Positions 1 to 13,300 of a DNA stretch of 64,000 bases are shown in pieces. Source of the DNA: Macrostomum lignano (taxonomy: Eukaryota); contig NIVC01000093.1 in NCBI GenBank assembly GCA_002269645.1, positions 558,001 to 622,000 on the forward strand, read 5' to 3'. The number at the start of each line of letters is the position of its first letter. Within the stretch, counting starts at the first letter, position 1. The position numbers and the translations under genes were made by a program. The notes under the pieces are model-generated. The model did no database searches. It saw only the letters and a program-made list of their open reading frames with translations, and had not been told where the DNA came from.

Positions 1-964
1 GTACGCCTCATGTATGTGTGATTTGAATATTAACCGTATTAGATACTATTTTTAAATAAATTTTCTACTTACGTTAAACAAAGTTTATATAAAAAAAGGA
101 AATTCGCTACAAAGAACATAGTGAGTATCAAAAACTTTTTCTTCAAATTTCAAGAAACAAATAAACTAAAAGTCTACAAGAGTCACAAAATAAGAGCATT
201 TAAAAGTTATTGGATATTTTAATTTTAATGTAGGCTGTAGAGTGTGCCTGGCTGTAGGCTAGGCTGTAGCCTCAACTAGTTGGTTTAATCAATATTCAAA
301 TTCAATTGTTCACGCTCAACTTTATATATTGTATATATACAGTGTATACATCTATATCTGACTTGTTGATATACTGTCAGTTTGTAATTGCACGCCAAGG
401 TTACACGCCAAGTAAAAAACTTGTACGCTGAAAATTTAGGCGTGGCTTGAGACCCCTATTTGCATGCCAACTTTGCATGCCTAAATTTTAGCGTGGCTTG
501 TGCACGCGGGAAAATTCCCACGTGCAGGCCACCTTCCTGAGTATGGATGCTAGGCATAATCCAAAAGCCAAAAGGTATTGCTAATATTATGCTATCACTG
601 TATACTATTAAATACTATTAAATTTTTTTAAATGCAAACAAACAAAACTTCTTGAAAAGTATATAAGGTGGCTTTGGCCCTATTTAGGATTTTTTATAGA
701 AAGTAATGATAAATGAGTATGGGCAATGGATAAATAATTAGCAGTCCGGCAGTCCCAGTGTGTGACAATGATTGTCTGGCAAGCCCCAAGAGCCAGTAAC
801 TTTTTTTGGTCAATAAAGGTTAAACAAGTAATTATATCAACTTAGGTCAAAAAATATTTTCTTTCTTAAAGTAAGTTTTTAGAATCTTTTAAACATAGCC
901 TAGTTAGTAGTCTGCACAGTATACTTTATAATATAATTAGTCCAAAATTATTAATTATTATCAC

Positions 965-1719
965 ACAAGCTGTTGAAACCCGCGGATTTTGAACCCGGGG
1001 AATTCCAATACCCGGAACTACTTTTACACGTATTCTGAAATCTAAGGCCATACACAAACAAAAACTTGTTAATAGTTAGTAGGATAGAGGTAGACATAAA
1101 ATGGAGCACATTCGTGTAAAATTAAGGTTTGAGGCAAACGTTGATATTGTTGGCTGGGGTACTGCGCAGAATGTCAGGCAATGTCTATCTGACTCTAAAA
1201 CATGTATTGGCAAACTCTGGCCAATGTGTACTCTCCCTATGTCCCTTGGATCCTTTAAAATTTCTATCGTCTCTTCTGTTTCCTTTCTTCTCTCTTGTCC
1301 CTCGTCTCTCCTCTCTCTTCTCTCCTCTCTTCTCTCATATCTTCCCTCATCTCTTCCCTATTCTTTTCTCTCTCCTCTCCTCTCTCCTTTCTACTTTTTG
1401 TTTTCTCTCTGCTCTCCTCTCTCCTCTCTCCCATCTTCTTTCGTATCCTCCCTCATCTTTCTTCTCTTTCATATCTCTTATCTCATCTCAATTCCCTCTT
1501 CTTTTCTCTCTCCTCTCCTCCCTCCTCTCTACTTTTTCGTTTTCGTTTCTCGTTGACCCTCCTCTCCTCTCTCCTCTCTCCCCCTCTTCTCTCTTGTCTC
1601 TTCCTTCTCCTCTCTATTCTTTTCTCTCATCTCTTAACTCTCTCCTCTACTCTCTCATCTCTCCTTTCTATTCTTTTATCTTTTCTCTCTTATCTCTTCT
1701 CGTTTCTCTCTGCTCTGCG

Positions 1720-1750
<31 letters not shown>

Positions 1751-3822
1751 CCTCTCTCTCTCTCTGATCTCTCCTCTCCCATCTCTCTTCTCCTCTCTAC
1801 TCTCTCCCCTCTTCATTCTCCTATTTCCTCTTCTCTCTCCCTGTCTCTCCTCTCTCCTCTAGTCTCTGTAATCTCTTCTCTCTTCTCTCTCCTCTGTTCT
1901 CTCTACTCTCCCATCTCTCGTCTGTTCACCCTCATCTCTGCTCTCTCATCTGTCATCTTTACTCTCTTATACGTTCTCTCACTTATCTCCTCTGTACTCC
2001 TCTCTTTCATCTCTTCTGACTCCTCTCTTTCCTTTCTCATTTCTCCTCTCCTCTTCTCTTCTCTTCCCTCTTCTATACTGTCTCCCTCTCTTGTCTTCTC
2101 TCGTCTCTCTGCACTCTCCTCTCACCTTTTTCATCTCTCATCTTTACTCTCTCATCTCTCCTTTAATCTGTCTCATCTCTACAATCTCATCTCTCCTTTC
2201 TCCCCTCTTCTTACACCCCTCTCTTATCTCTATCTCTTCTCTTCTCACTCCTCTCTCCCCCTCTTATCTCCTCTCTTCTCTATCCTTTCTACTCTTTCCT
2301 CTCCTCTCCTCCTCTTGACCCTCTGTCATCTTCTTTCTGCTCTCTCATCTCTACTCTCTTCTCACTCTTCTCTACTTTCCTCTCATCGATCCTCTGTCTC
2401 ATCTCTCCCCTCTTCTCACCTTTACTCTTTCCTCTCCCTCCTTTCTCCCCTCCTCTCGCTTCTTCCTCCCTTCTTCTCTGCTCTCTCCTCACCACTTGTC
2501 TCTCCTCTTATCTTCCATGTTTTCTCTTATCCCCCTCTCGCCTCTCCTCTCTTCTAATACTAATTAGTCTATTCCTTCTCCTTTCCACTCTCATCTGGCC
2601 CGCACATAAGCTGGATTCTTTATCTGGCTTTTGAAGTAAAAGTCTGCCGATCCCTGCTTCGAAAGCCAGTTTGTGGGACATACTACTCTCATGGTTGTTC
2701 TCATGCTTTGATCACGTCATCTTTCTTGCCAATTTGCAGCCCTGAAAGGAATTTGTGTATCTTCAGCTCCACTGCAGTCTGCATCAGTCTAACAACCAAG
2801 GAAATACGCATTTCTTAGGAGGCCATTTAAATTTTAGAGTACTTTTAAGAGAAACTAAAAATTTCCATGGTGTGCGGTGTGCCTAATTTAGTAGGGTTGT
2901 ATTTCATTGCATCGCATCGCCTTTTCATAAATCTTTCGCTTTTACAAACCATGCTGGATTTTTTTTGATTTGCCAATTGCCATCCACTGTTAAACTGCTG
3001 CAGAGTTTGCCAATACAGAGGGGAGGGCAGTGGTTAGAATTTCTCACTAAACTGTTATGGCTAAACGTAGCCTCTCCACTCTCGGGGTGCAGAGAAGGCT
3101 ATAAATAAAGTTATTCCAAAACACTGTACATTTGCTATGTACATTCAGTCCTATCGCCTGACCCTTCGTCTGGCTCTGGGGGAATGAGTGAGTGAGTGGC
3201 ACAAACAACAGAAAAAGCAGACAAACTTTACATGCTTACAGTTTCTTTTTCGGTTGAGTTACAGAGTTGAAACTTTACATTTAGACAGAGAATGGGTCAA
3301 TGAAGAATTGTGTCAAGTTTAAAGTCAATCGCTTTACGTGAAGCAAACTTATGGCAGCTGAAAGTTAGTCAATTTTGAAACCCTTTTACACATCTGGGCC
3401 CAGATCGGGTAAGAGAGGCAGGCGGGCGGAGGTTGGGGTGGTTGCCTTGCTGAAAAAAACAGCCTAACTTTAAAAGTGCACAGCACTGCTCAGGATTAAC
3501 TTTGATACTCGAAATTTTACATGATTGTGCCAAAATAGTTAAAGATTATCTGTGTCAAATTTGAAGAGAATCGGTAGAAGTGGAGTGGCGCTATGGAGGA
3601 TTTAGTGAAAAAATCGTGCATTTTGAGCAGTTTTTTGTACTTTTAGGTAGGAAGACTTGAGTCTAGGAAATTAAAAGGTAGCCTAAGACATTCTCCATAG
3701 TAAGTTTAGGCCTAGGGTGGGTGTAAAGTTTGGTGTAATTTGGTTGAGCGGTTTGGGAGTCCATAGCGAAGTAATTTGTCCACAGACAGACAGACAGAGT
3801 TTTGATTTTTATAGGTAGAGAT
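965..3822 (+). mobile_element. Non-autonomous Helentron/HINE (Lep1-like Helitron) element, copy 1
   Basis: Starts ACAAGCTGTTGAAACCCGCGG and ends (ACAG)n-AGTTTTGATTTTTATAGGTAGAGAT. The same start and end recur at 7210-10970 with different flanks. The subterminal microsatellite and end motif resemble Lep1/DINE-type elements; the classification is inferred. Confidence 0.55.
1201..2656. mobile_element. hAT (Charlie-like) non-autonomous element with CT-rich interior, nested in the Helentron-like unit
   Basis: Degenerate TIRs CATGTATTGGCAAACT / AGTCTGCCGATCCCTG. Degenerate 8-bp flanks ctctaaaa / cttcgaaa. The interior is polypyrimidine and includes (CT)n near 1720-1765. Confidence 0.5.
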
Positions 3823-4791
3823 TATTATTAGGTCTAACTTAGCCTTAACTAGGCCTAATATTATTATTATTATTTATAAATTGTAATGTAATGATAGGCC
3901 TATTATTCATGTAAAATTGTCAACCACTATTAAGCACAAGCAGACAAAAATTGCTCAGAAGGGATGCAAAGGAAAACTAATATTGCACTAGGCCTATGCA
4001 ATCTGCTTTGCATAATTATGGTCCCTTTAGGTAGGCTTAGCTTGTTAGCTTAGCAGCTAGGCCCTAGCACAAATTCTAACAAACCTGCTGGAAAAGGGCC
4101 TTTTATTAACTGCTCTATTCAAAATTCTTAGCGGGATCCACTAATGGCTGGACGAAATGCCCACTGGCAAGGAGCCTAGCTCAAGATTCACTCAGCGCTC
4201 GGCCACGTTAGTTAGGTAGGAGTGCATGGGCCACGCACATGGGGGTAAAAACCGTTTAATTTTATTTCTAAGAAAGCCCCCAAAAAACAATATACAAACT
4301 TAGTATTTTTGCCGTTATTTTATTGTGATTAAGTTATCCTAATTTAAACAGTATTTTTTTGGCTTTTAAGTGTTAATAAACCGAAAAAACTAAGAACAAT
4401 ATTTGTTTAAACTTACAAAAAAGTCTTATTAACCTTTAGTTAGCTTTACAATAAATGCAAAACTAAATTTTTTTTTATTTACTTAAAAGCCATAAACGCA
4501 ACTAATATGCTGAGCACACAAAAAAGCTTTGTTTTACTTGATGTACAAAATTGTTTTAAAATTGTGCTTTTGTGTAGATTTTTTGCAATAAGCCCTATTA
4601 TTTTTATAATTCGCCGTCTTCTGAGCTCCGGTTCCAGCTCCAGTCCCAGTCGCCGCGTCAGTCGTTTATTTCGGTACGATGATCAGGCTTATTATCTTAG
4701 ACTAGACTTAATGGAGATCTTTTGTATTTCGATACTTTGTCTTTAAATATCCTTTGAAAAATAAAGTACGCAGGTGTGTGTGTTCCATAAG

Positions 4792-5086
4792 GGCAATGGC
4801 TAGAGTTCCGGCACCGGAACCCATTTTCTAATGGCTATGGATCCGGCAGTGCCATTATAATATAGATGGAACATTAGATTTTTCTTTCTACATGGGGCTG
4901 ATATTGAGATTTTGTTCTAGATTAAAATTTAAGACAATATGATAAGATTCGGTAAGAGATGCTTCTAATAGGCCTATCCAGACTTCTTAGATATGTTCTT
5001 AGCAGTCTTTATATGCTTCTATACAGCATTGCCGGATCCCTAGCTGTTAGAAAACGGGTTCCAGTTCTGGAACTCTAGCCATTACC
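4792..5086. mobile_element. MULE-like MITE (~295 bp)
   Basis: ~60-bp imperfect TIRs (GGCAATGGCTAGAGTTCC... / ...GGAACTCTAGCCATTACC). 9-bp flanks ttccataag / tttcataag match at 8 of 9. Confidence 0.65.
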
Positions 5087-6217
5087 TTTCATAAGATTAA
5101 TAAGCCAAAAATTTTCCACTGTCATATATGCTGGGATGTAGGCCTATACTAATATACGCTAAAAAATGACAAGTTCCGTTATTTTATGTTGGGAAATCCC
5201 TGCATACATGTCGCCTTCCAAACTATGTATGACCTAATAGTCAATGCTAGGTTTTTTGTGTATAAAGTATGTATGCATCTTGAAATTTAAAAAATTGGTA
5301 AACCAATTGAATTGGTAAAAAAAATGGTAATTGGTAAACCATTTTGGTAAACCAATTATCAATTAAAAAATTGATAAACAATTTAGATGCAGTCTTACAA
5401 TCTACTGTCCTTTTAAACCTCATTTGAACTGCCTTAAATAAGAACTAGGGCCTAGAAAATGAGACCATTTTAGACAAAAGAAATTTAAAGCTTTCTAGGT
5501 TTTTTAAAGCTCATAATAAAGCATTGAAACCAGTCTATGCATGCATCAATTTTCCACTATAAATTGGCCTAGTATTGCCAAAAATTCAGAAAAATAAACT
5601 AAATTATTTTCCAAAAGGGTCTATTACCCAATTAAAAAGAGGTCATTTATTGTTACAATATAAAAAGGTCATTCATTGTCACAACACCAGCATAGCTTTG
5701 AGAATAGGCATGCACTCAATTTTTTAGCATGCTTTTGAAATTAGGATATTCAATTTTTTTTAGCATGCACCCAGCATAATCTGGACTATGGCCTAGGCCT
5801 AGTTCTAAATGCTATGCCATACTCTAGATCATATAATATATGCCTAAAAATTTAGATATATGTACATTGGCCATATATGCCAAAAGTAGGCATGCACAGT
5901 TGGCATGCATCACTCTGAAAAAAATTGTGCATGCACACCTGGCATGCACTTTATAGAATCATATAAAAGTTATTATGAAGTAGAAAAAAGATGAAAAAAA
6001 ATCATTTCTAAGCATAATTGCATACATTTTTAAACTTTCTGGGTTTTTTAAGCTCGTAACAAAGCATTTAAACAAATATTTGCATGCATCTATTTTCTTT
6101 TTTGGTGTGCATTTGTAATTATTTAATTTTTGTTTGAGTGTGCACCAATCATAATCTAGACTATATAGGCCTATGCTATGGAATATTGATGCCCTATAAA
6201 TACTAGACCACTAGCTA

Positions 6218-6515
6218 CATACATGCGCAACCTCCAAAATTTGGTTGGCCATGCAACTTAGTTTTAATGAAAATGTGATATAGTTTTAGGCCAAAAATGC
6301 AACTTACATGTGAATAAAACCCTATAACAAAATTAACACAACTTTGGGTAGACTGCAGGACTAATTATGACTGTCTTATAAGGGCTAAATGCCTTGTCAT
6401 ATAATTAGTACTATATTTGTGTTTTTTTGGGCTAGGCATTTTTGCAACTTGCCTTGGTTAGCTGCCAAATCGGTCAGCCAGATTGGCCGACTCAGCCAAC
6501 TATTGTGCATGTATG
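6218..6515. mobile_element. 298-bp hAT-type MITE, copy A
   Basis: TIR CATACATGCGCAA / TTGTGCATGTATG. 8-bp TSD actagcta / accagcta. A second copy lies at 7762-8059. Confidence 0.8.
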
Positions 6516-7761
6516 ACCAGCTAACAGTAGACTAATTAGATAATGAGTTGTTTGTTACATTTTTATATCTTTCAATAGAACTTTTGAAATGTATAAAAAT
6601 TAAATATTAACAAAATGACTACTAAGACCAAATTATAGTTAGTATATATATATTGTCATATATGCCAAAAATTCCAATGTATAAAAGGATCTTGTGTACA
6701 TCATTAGTATACAAGAGGGCTTGTTGTATCCCTTGGTATACAAGCTCAGTATATAAAAATCACCAAGATAGTAGGTAAGACCAATTGTCTTAAGTCTCAA
6801 CCACTATATATACAATAAACTTAGTGTATAAAAAATGACTAGGTCTAAGTTCAAATAATCAAGTTTGGTATACATAGTCTCCATGCGCATAGATGGAATA
6901 GCTAAATTTTGATTAAAAAGTTTCAAAAAATTTATTGAAAACTAAATTAAAAATTTAGTCTAAATTAAAATTAAGTAAGTCCAACTTACTTATAAATTAA
7001 ATCTTGATGCTGGTACTAAGACCTAGGTGATATCATAAATATTCTCTTAATACTGAATTAAGCACTTGCTGACTTTTAATTTTTACCACAAAAGCAAAGT
7101 GGGTATCAAAAAAGCAACTTAGTGTTTTTTACTCTTAGTAACATAAGATTAGATACTCAAGACTGCAATTTTGAATATACAATATTAGATATTTGCAATA
7201 TATATTGGTACAAGCTGTTGAAACCCATGAATTTTTTAACTCGGGAATTCTAATTCTTGGAAATATTTGTGCATTTGCTTTGAAATCTGAGGCCATACTC
7301 AAACAAAAACTTGTTAATAGTTAGTAGGATAGAGTAAATATAAAATGGAGTACATTTGTATAAAATTAGGATTTGAGGCAAACATTTATTGGCTTGGGTG
7401 CTGCGCAGAATGTTGGGCAACATCTGTCTGACTCTAAAACATGTATTGGCAAACTCTGGCCTCTGCCTTTGACTTTCCCTATGTACATTAGATCCATTGC
7501 AACTTGTATCTTCTCTTCTGTTTCCTCTCTTTTCTTTCGTCCCTTGTCTCTCCTTTTTTCTCTTTCTCTTCTCATCTCTTCTCTCTTTTCCTCTCTCCTC
7601 TCTCCCCTCTTTTCTCACATCTTCCCTCATCTCTTATCTTTCTTATCTTATCTCATATCTCTCTTCTTTTCTCTCCTCTCTTCTCCCCCTTTTCTCTCTC
7701 GTTCTTTCTTTCTCTCTACTCTTTCCTCTCATCTCTTTTCTTATTTTATCTCTCCTCTCTC

Positions 7762-8059
7762 CATACATGCGCAACCTCCAAAATTCATTTGGTCCTGCAA
7801 CTTAGTTTCAACAAAAATGTGACATAGTTTTTGGTAAAAAATGCGACTTACATGTAAAAAAACCCAAAAGCAAAGTTAATGCAACTTTAGGTAAACGGCA
7901 GGAGTATTTATGACTGTCTTATTAAGCCAAAATGCCTCATCAGCTACTTAGTTTTACTACTTGGATGTTTTTTTGGGTGGGCATTTTTGCAACTTCCTTG
8001 GTTGGCTGCCAAATCAGTCAGCCAGATCGGCCAACTGGGCCAACTATTGCGCATGTATG
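7762..8059. mobile_element. 298-bp hAT-type MITE, copy B
   Basis: Perfect 13-bp TIR CATACATGCGCAA / TTGCGCATGTATG and perfect 8-bp TSD CCTCTCTC. Absent from the paralogous unit at 965-3822. Confidence 0.85.
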
Positions 8060-8172
8060 CCTCTCTCCCCTTATCTCTCGTCTCTTCCCTCACCTCTCTT
8101 CTCTCTTGTCTGCTTTCTCATCTCTCCTTTCTCTTCTTTTATCTTTTCTCTCTTCTCGTTTCTCTCTGCTCT

Positions 8173-8232
<60 letters not shown>

Positions 8233-8888
8233 CTCTCCTCTCCCATCACTCTTCTCCTCTCTACTGACTTCTCTCTCCCTGTCTCTCTTTCCTCTAGTCT
8301 CTGTAATCTCTTCTCTCTACTCTCCCATCTCTCGTCTGTTCACCCTCATCTCTGCTCTCTCATCTGTCATCTTTACTCTCCTCTTTCCTGTGTACTCTTC
8401 TGTTTCCCCTTTTCTGACTCCTCTCTTTCCTTACTCCTCTCTTCTTTTCTCTTCCCTCTTCTATACTCTTTCTCCTCTATTATCTTCTCTCATTTCTCTG
8501 CACTCTCCTCTCACCTTTTTAATTTCTCATCTTTGCTTTCTCATCTCTCCTTTAATCTGTCTCATCTCTACAATCTCATCTCTTTCTTCTCTTCTCCTCT
8601 TCCCTTTACTCTCTCATTTCTCCTTTCTCCCCTCTTCTTTCACCACTACCTTATCTCTATCTCTTCTCTTCTCACTCCTCTCTCCCCCTCTTATCTCCTC
8701 CCTTCTCTATCCTTTCTACTCTCTCCTCTCTTCTTGACCCTCTGTCATATTCTTTCTGCTCTCTCATCTCTACTGTCTTCTCACCCTTCTCTACTCTCCT
8801 CTCTCATCAATCCTTTGTCTCACCTCTCCCCTCTTCTCACTCTTTCCTTTCCCTCCTTTCTCCCTTTCTCTTGCTTCTTCCTTCTTCT

Positions 8889-9674
8889 GGCTCATTCCAT
8901 ATAAGCATGGTCGTAACATGACAGGTTATTTTTACTTATAAAATGAAATCTAATAATAGAATATACTAAACCAATATTTTAAATGAAAGATTATTTTGTC
9001 TAGAATATATTTATAGAGTTTCATATAGATATCATCATTAGTATAGATGCTATTAAACCTTAAATGACACTTATGGTTGTAACGACAGGATTTTTGACAT
9101 ATAGAAACTAAAAGGTAAAAGTCTTATAACATTTTTCATTTTTGATATTTTGCAATACATTTTTAAAATTTGACTAAGAACATCTTTAGAAATCATACTC
9201 TTTTATTAGAATATATAAACTCAAAAGGCAACAAAGATACAAAAGAAAAGGCAGCCTTATGGTCGTAACATTATGGTCGTAACATATTTTTTTCTGTCAA
9301 TTCAGTAACTTTGAGGTACTAATACATTAAAAATATAATAGATTATTTGGTCACCAATGCTTTTATCTGATGATGCAAGTACTATACTTTTATCTATAGT
9401 TTGTTTCAACCTTCAAAAGCTTTCTATTTGTTTTTAAAAGGTACAAAATCTTAATGATGTCTTTTGCTTCGAAAAATGTCCAAATTTTTACAAAAATGAC
9501 TTTTTGCCAATTGATAACATACTATTCCAACATTTTACCATTCCTTTATTCTTAGATTGTATATATTGCACAATATAAACATTTGGTAAAAAAATAGGCT
9601 AATTAGGCAATGGCAAGCAAAAATATTGACTTTTTTCTATTTTCCAAATATGTCCATCTTATATGGAATGAGCC
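8889..9674. mobile_element. 786-bp non-autonomous TIR element with 4-bp TSD (superfamily unassigned)
   Basis: Perfect 17-bp TIR GGCTCATTCCATATAAG / CTTATATGGAATGAGCC. The TTCT duplication is supported by the empty site near 2470 in copy 1. Internal TGGTCGTAACA motifs are repeated. Confidence 0.8.
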
Positions 9675-12600
9675 TTCTCTGCTCTTTCTTTACCACTTGT
9701 CTATCCTCTTATCTTCCATGTTTTCTCTTATCCCCCTTTCACCTCTCCTCTCTTCTAATAGTCTATTCCTTCTCCTTTCCACTCTCATCTGGCCTACAGC
9801 CATGAGCTAGATTCTTTATCTGGCCTTTGAAGTAAAAATCTGCCATTCCCTGCTTCAAAAGCCTGTTTTTGAGACGTAGCTGTTATCATTTCTCATGCTT
9901 TAATCACGTCATCTTTCTGGCCAATTAGTAGCCCTGAGAGAAATCTCCAGCTCCACAAACACCATCACAGTCTGCAGCAGTCTAACAACCAAGGACATAT
10001 GCATGTCTTAGGAGCCATTTAAATTTTAAAGTACCTTATGCAAAACTTAATGTTAAAAGTTTCATGGTGTAACTAATTTAGTAGGATTGCATCATAATCA
10101 GTTATTTATTAATTTATTGCTATTTTTACAATATCAAAATGCAACATGAAATGCATCGCCTTGGTTTTCCATCTACTGTTAAACTGCTGCAGACTTGTCC
10201 ATAACAGAGGACAGTGGTTTGAATCTCTCACTAAACTGTCATGGCTAAACGTAGCCTCTCCACGCACAGAGGTACAGAGAAGGCTATTAAAAGTTATTCC
10301 AAAACACTGTATATTTGCTATGTACATTCAGCCCTATCGCCTGACCCTTCGTCTAGGCTGGGGGAATGAGTGAGTGAGTGGCACAAACAGTTCAGAAAAA
10401 GCAGACAAACTTCACATGCTTACAGTTTCTGTTCTGATTGAGATACAGAGTTGAGACTTTAAATTTAGACAGAGAAAAATAAATCAACAAATTGTCAAAT
10501 TTGAAGTCAATTGCTTCACATGAAGCAAACTTATGGCAGCCCAAAGTTAGTCATTTTAAAACCTTTAAGAGGCAGGTAGGCGGAGGTTGGGGTGGCTGCT
10601 ATGCTGAAAAAAGCCTAACTTTAAAAGTGCACAGCGCCATTCAAGATTAACTTTGAGACTCGAAATTTTACACAATTGTGTCAAAATAGTTGAGGATTGA
10701 TTGTGTCAAATTTGAAGATGATTGATAAAAGTGGAGCAGCACTATGGAGCATTTAGTGAAAAAATCGCGCATTTTGAGCAGTTTTTTGCACTTTTAGGTA
10801 GGAAAACTCAAATTTAAGAAATTTTAAGGTAGCCTATGACACTTTCTATAGTGAATTTAGGGTGGGTGCAAAATTTGGTATGAATTGGTTGAGTAGTTTG
10901 GGAGTCCATAGCAAGTAATTTGTCTACAGACAGACAGACAGACAGAGTTTTGATTTTTATAGGTAGAGATTGTATGAAATTATCAGGGTATATGAAATAT
11001 AGAGCATTTTAATTGTCTTATTATTATTAAATATATCTAAACATTGTCCTATAAAAAACTAGTTTCGAAACTCTGAATATATTTTTCATTTTCATTATAT
11101 AGTATGCCACAAGAATAATATCAACTTAGTTACTTGGTTTTGACTTTTTGTCCAATTGACTTATCTAAAGCAAAGCCTTTGGCAAAATGATATATTTTAG
11201 ACCTATGTACTTTAATCAAGAATTTAGATACAAAGGTTAACATATATTTTCATGCATTTAGGCATTATATGACAAATGAAATATTGTATGATCAAATAAT
11301 ATGGTAATGACATTAATTATAGTATTGAAGTGTCTGTGCTTCTTAGATTATTGAATGGGCTGTCTTTGGCTTTAGTCTTTACCATCAATATAGGCTTCTT
11401 GCTCAAATTCTCTGGCACCTACCAGGGAAGTACAGTTGGCTCTCACAGGGTGCCTCAGTAGATCTGCTTAGCTCTTGGTAAGATGAGAAAGACTTAAGCA
11501 CTCTATATAGGCTTGGCAGTTCTTGATCGCAAGTGTCCATAGTCAGCAGTTCCTATTGGGCTTAATGCAGGGACAAATAGTGCTAAGCTTTGGGTGGGCT
11601 TAGCAATAGCAATTGAGCAATAGTCACAGTCAGATTTAGTCACACTTAGACTTGGAGCAAGTTAGAGCCTGGGTCTATCAAAGGAAAGATAGCTCAGAAA
11701 CTTAGAGACAGACAAGCCAAGAAAAGTTGCAACTAAGAAACCTAAACAAATCCTTGACTGAACCAAGGCATGAGGGGGCTCAAATATAGGAAAGAGATAT
11801 TGCTCTATAAGGTATAAGACTCCCAATTTGTTAGATTTCATGACATTTGTCAGAGGCTTGGTTTGTCTTCAGAGGAAACAATGGTTCCTAGGTATGCAAT
11901 CTCCCCCCTATTAAACAATAGCCAAGCATATAGCCATAGCCAACCAAAGGGCTTGTCACATGACTGGCTCATATAACAAGGGAAAAGGCCCATTAGGGAA
12001 GCCACTAGTGACCCTGGGACTATAAACAGAGGCTCTATAATTGGAAAATTAGAAAAAATTGCCAAATTTTGCCAAAATTGCAAAATGCCAAACAGAGAAC
12101 AAAACAGAGGTAGGCCAGACCAGGCAGTCTAGACACTGCAAAATAAAAGTGTGAGAGACAAAGGCAAACAGGATAGAAAGACGGCACATGAGAACAGAAA
12201 GGCAGCAAACGAGGACAGGGAAAGTTAGTCATAGCAATTTGTTTAGTTAGCAATTTATATGACTTGCAATGATTTATTAGGCCTATAAAGATATCCATGC
12301 CTAGACACAAGCACTGGAATAGCTACATAGCTATATATTAAATATAATAAAATGGCAAACATATAGGATTCATACCCTCAAATACCTTTGATAATTATTC
12401 AATAGCTATAATCTGTTTGAATAATGACTGTTATAATGATTATAGTTTTCTAGTATCCATAATTGGTATTTTCTCTAGGACTATGATGAGCTAACTTATG
12501 GTTCTATTATATATATTAATTTAAGTAGAAAGCTATACATACTGGTAGGTTATGTTAATCAAATCAGTGCATAAAATGATATTGAAGTAAGTATCTAGTC

Positions 12601-12925
12601 TATGATTGTTGTAAGAATTTGTATAATTTAAAAAACCATTTCACTAAAAAAGTTTTAAAAAAAGATTTCTCCTTTTTAAACCATTTTAAATACATTTTCC
12701 AAAGGCCAATTCTATATAGCAAATCTTAATTTCTTTCTAGACTAAATATTTGCATGATTAAACTACTATTTAATAGGATATATATATATTTAAACTGATT
12801 TCTACTTTCTACCAATTTTAATCGGCCCTATTTTTTAGAATACCTAGTATACTTTAGTACACTATTGAAAATTCTAATGTCCCCTATTTAAAAAATTTAC
12901 AGATCACTAAAGCTGATCATCAATC

Positions 12926-13051
12926 ATGTTCTCTGGTCAGAGATTTTACATACAACAAGCTGGCAGTGTATCCAAACAACAGATTCGCCTATTGTCTGCT
13001 GCCCTTAGTAAAGCCGGCGCTATTGTTATTGATAAGATTGTTAATGATCAG
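12926..13051 (+). CDS. POLL: DNA polymerase lambda, exon 1 (start of BRCT domain)
   Basis: MFSGQRFYIQQAGSVSKQQIRLLSAALSKAGAIVIDKIVNDQ, then a GT donor at 13052; phase 0 joins exon 2. Confidence 0.7.
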
Positions 13052-13083
13052 GTTAGTTAAACTGTCCTATTTGTATCTTATCA

Positions 13084-13300
13084 TGAGCCTTGTGGTCAGA
13101 GTGTCAGACTGAAAGGTCGGGAGTTCGATTCTTGACCCTCTCGGAACAATTGTTTTCATTGGGCAAGACACTTAACTCTCTGCATTGCTTCAGTTCACCC
13201 AGCTGTAGAATGGGTGCCAGCATTAGCTGGGGGTAATTGAGGATGTGGATGGCGACCCCCAGTCCTTGGATTGAACAGCCTTACGCAGCTGAGCTGTCGG
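13084..13300 (+). mobile_element. tRNA-derived SINE with CORE-like central domain, in POLL intron 1
   Basis: A-box TGGTCAGAGTG and B-box GGAGTTCGATTC, followed by TTGGGCAAGACACTTAACTCTC...CAGCTGTAGAATGGG, which resembles the CORE-SINE domain. Confidence 0.7.

Larger units (their letters stand above)
7440..9852. mobile_element. hAT-like CT-rich element, copy 2
   Basis: CATGTATTGGCAAACT ... AATCTGCCATTCCCTG, with flanks ctctaaaa / cttcaaaa. Confidence 0.5.
7210..10970 (+). mobile_element. Non-autonomous Helentron/HINE-like element, copy 2 (with two extra nested insertions)
   Basis: Collinear diverged copy of 965-3822 with the same termini. Longer because of insertions at 7762-8059 and 8889-9674. 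Confidence 0.55.

Noticed and set aside
3030-3200. SINE/LINE-tail-like segment ending in (GAGT)n inside the Helentron-like unit
   Set aside because: No convincing Pol III boxes or TSD.
1101-8904. Long Ser/Leu-rich ORFs (e.g. 1295-2557, 7961-8737)
   Set aside because: Translations of CT-rich low-complexity DNA, which lacks stop codons by composition.
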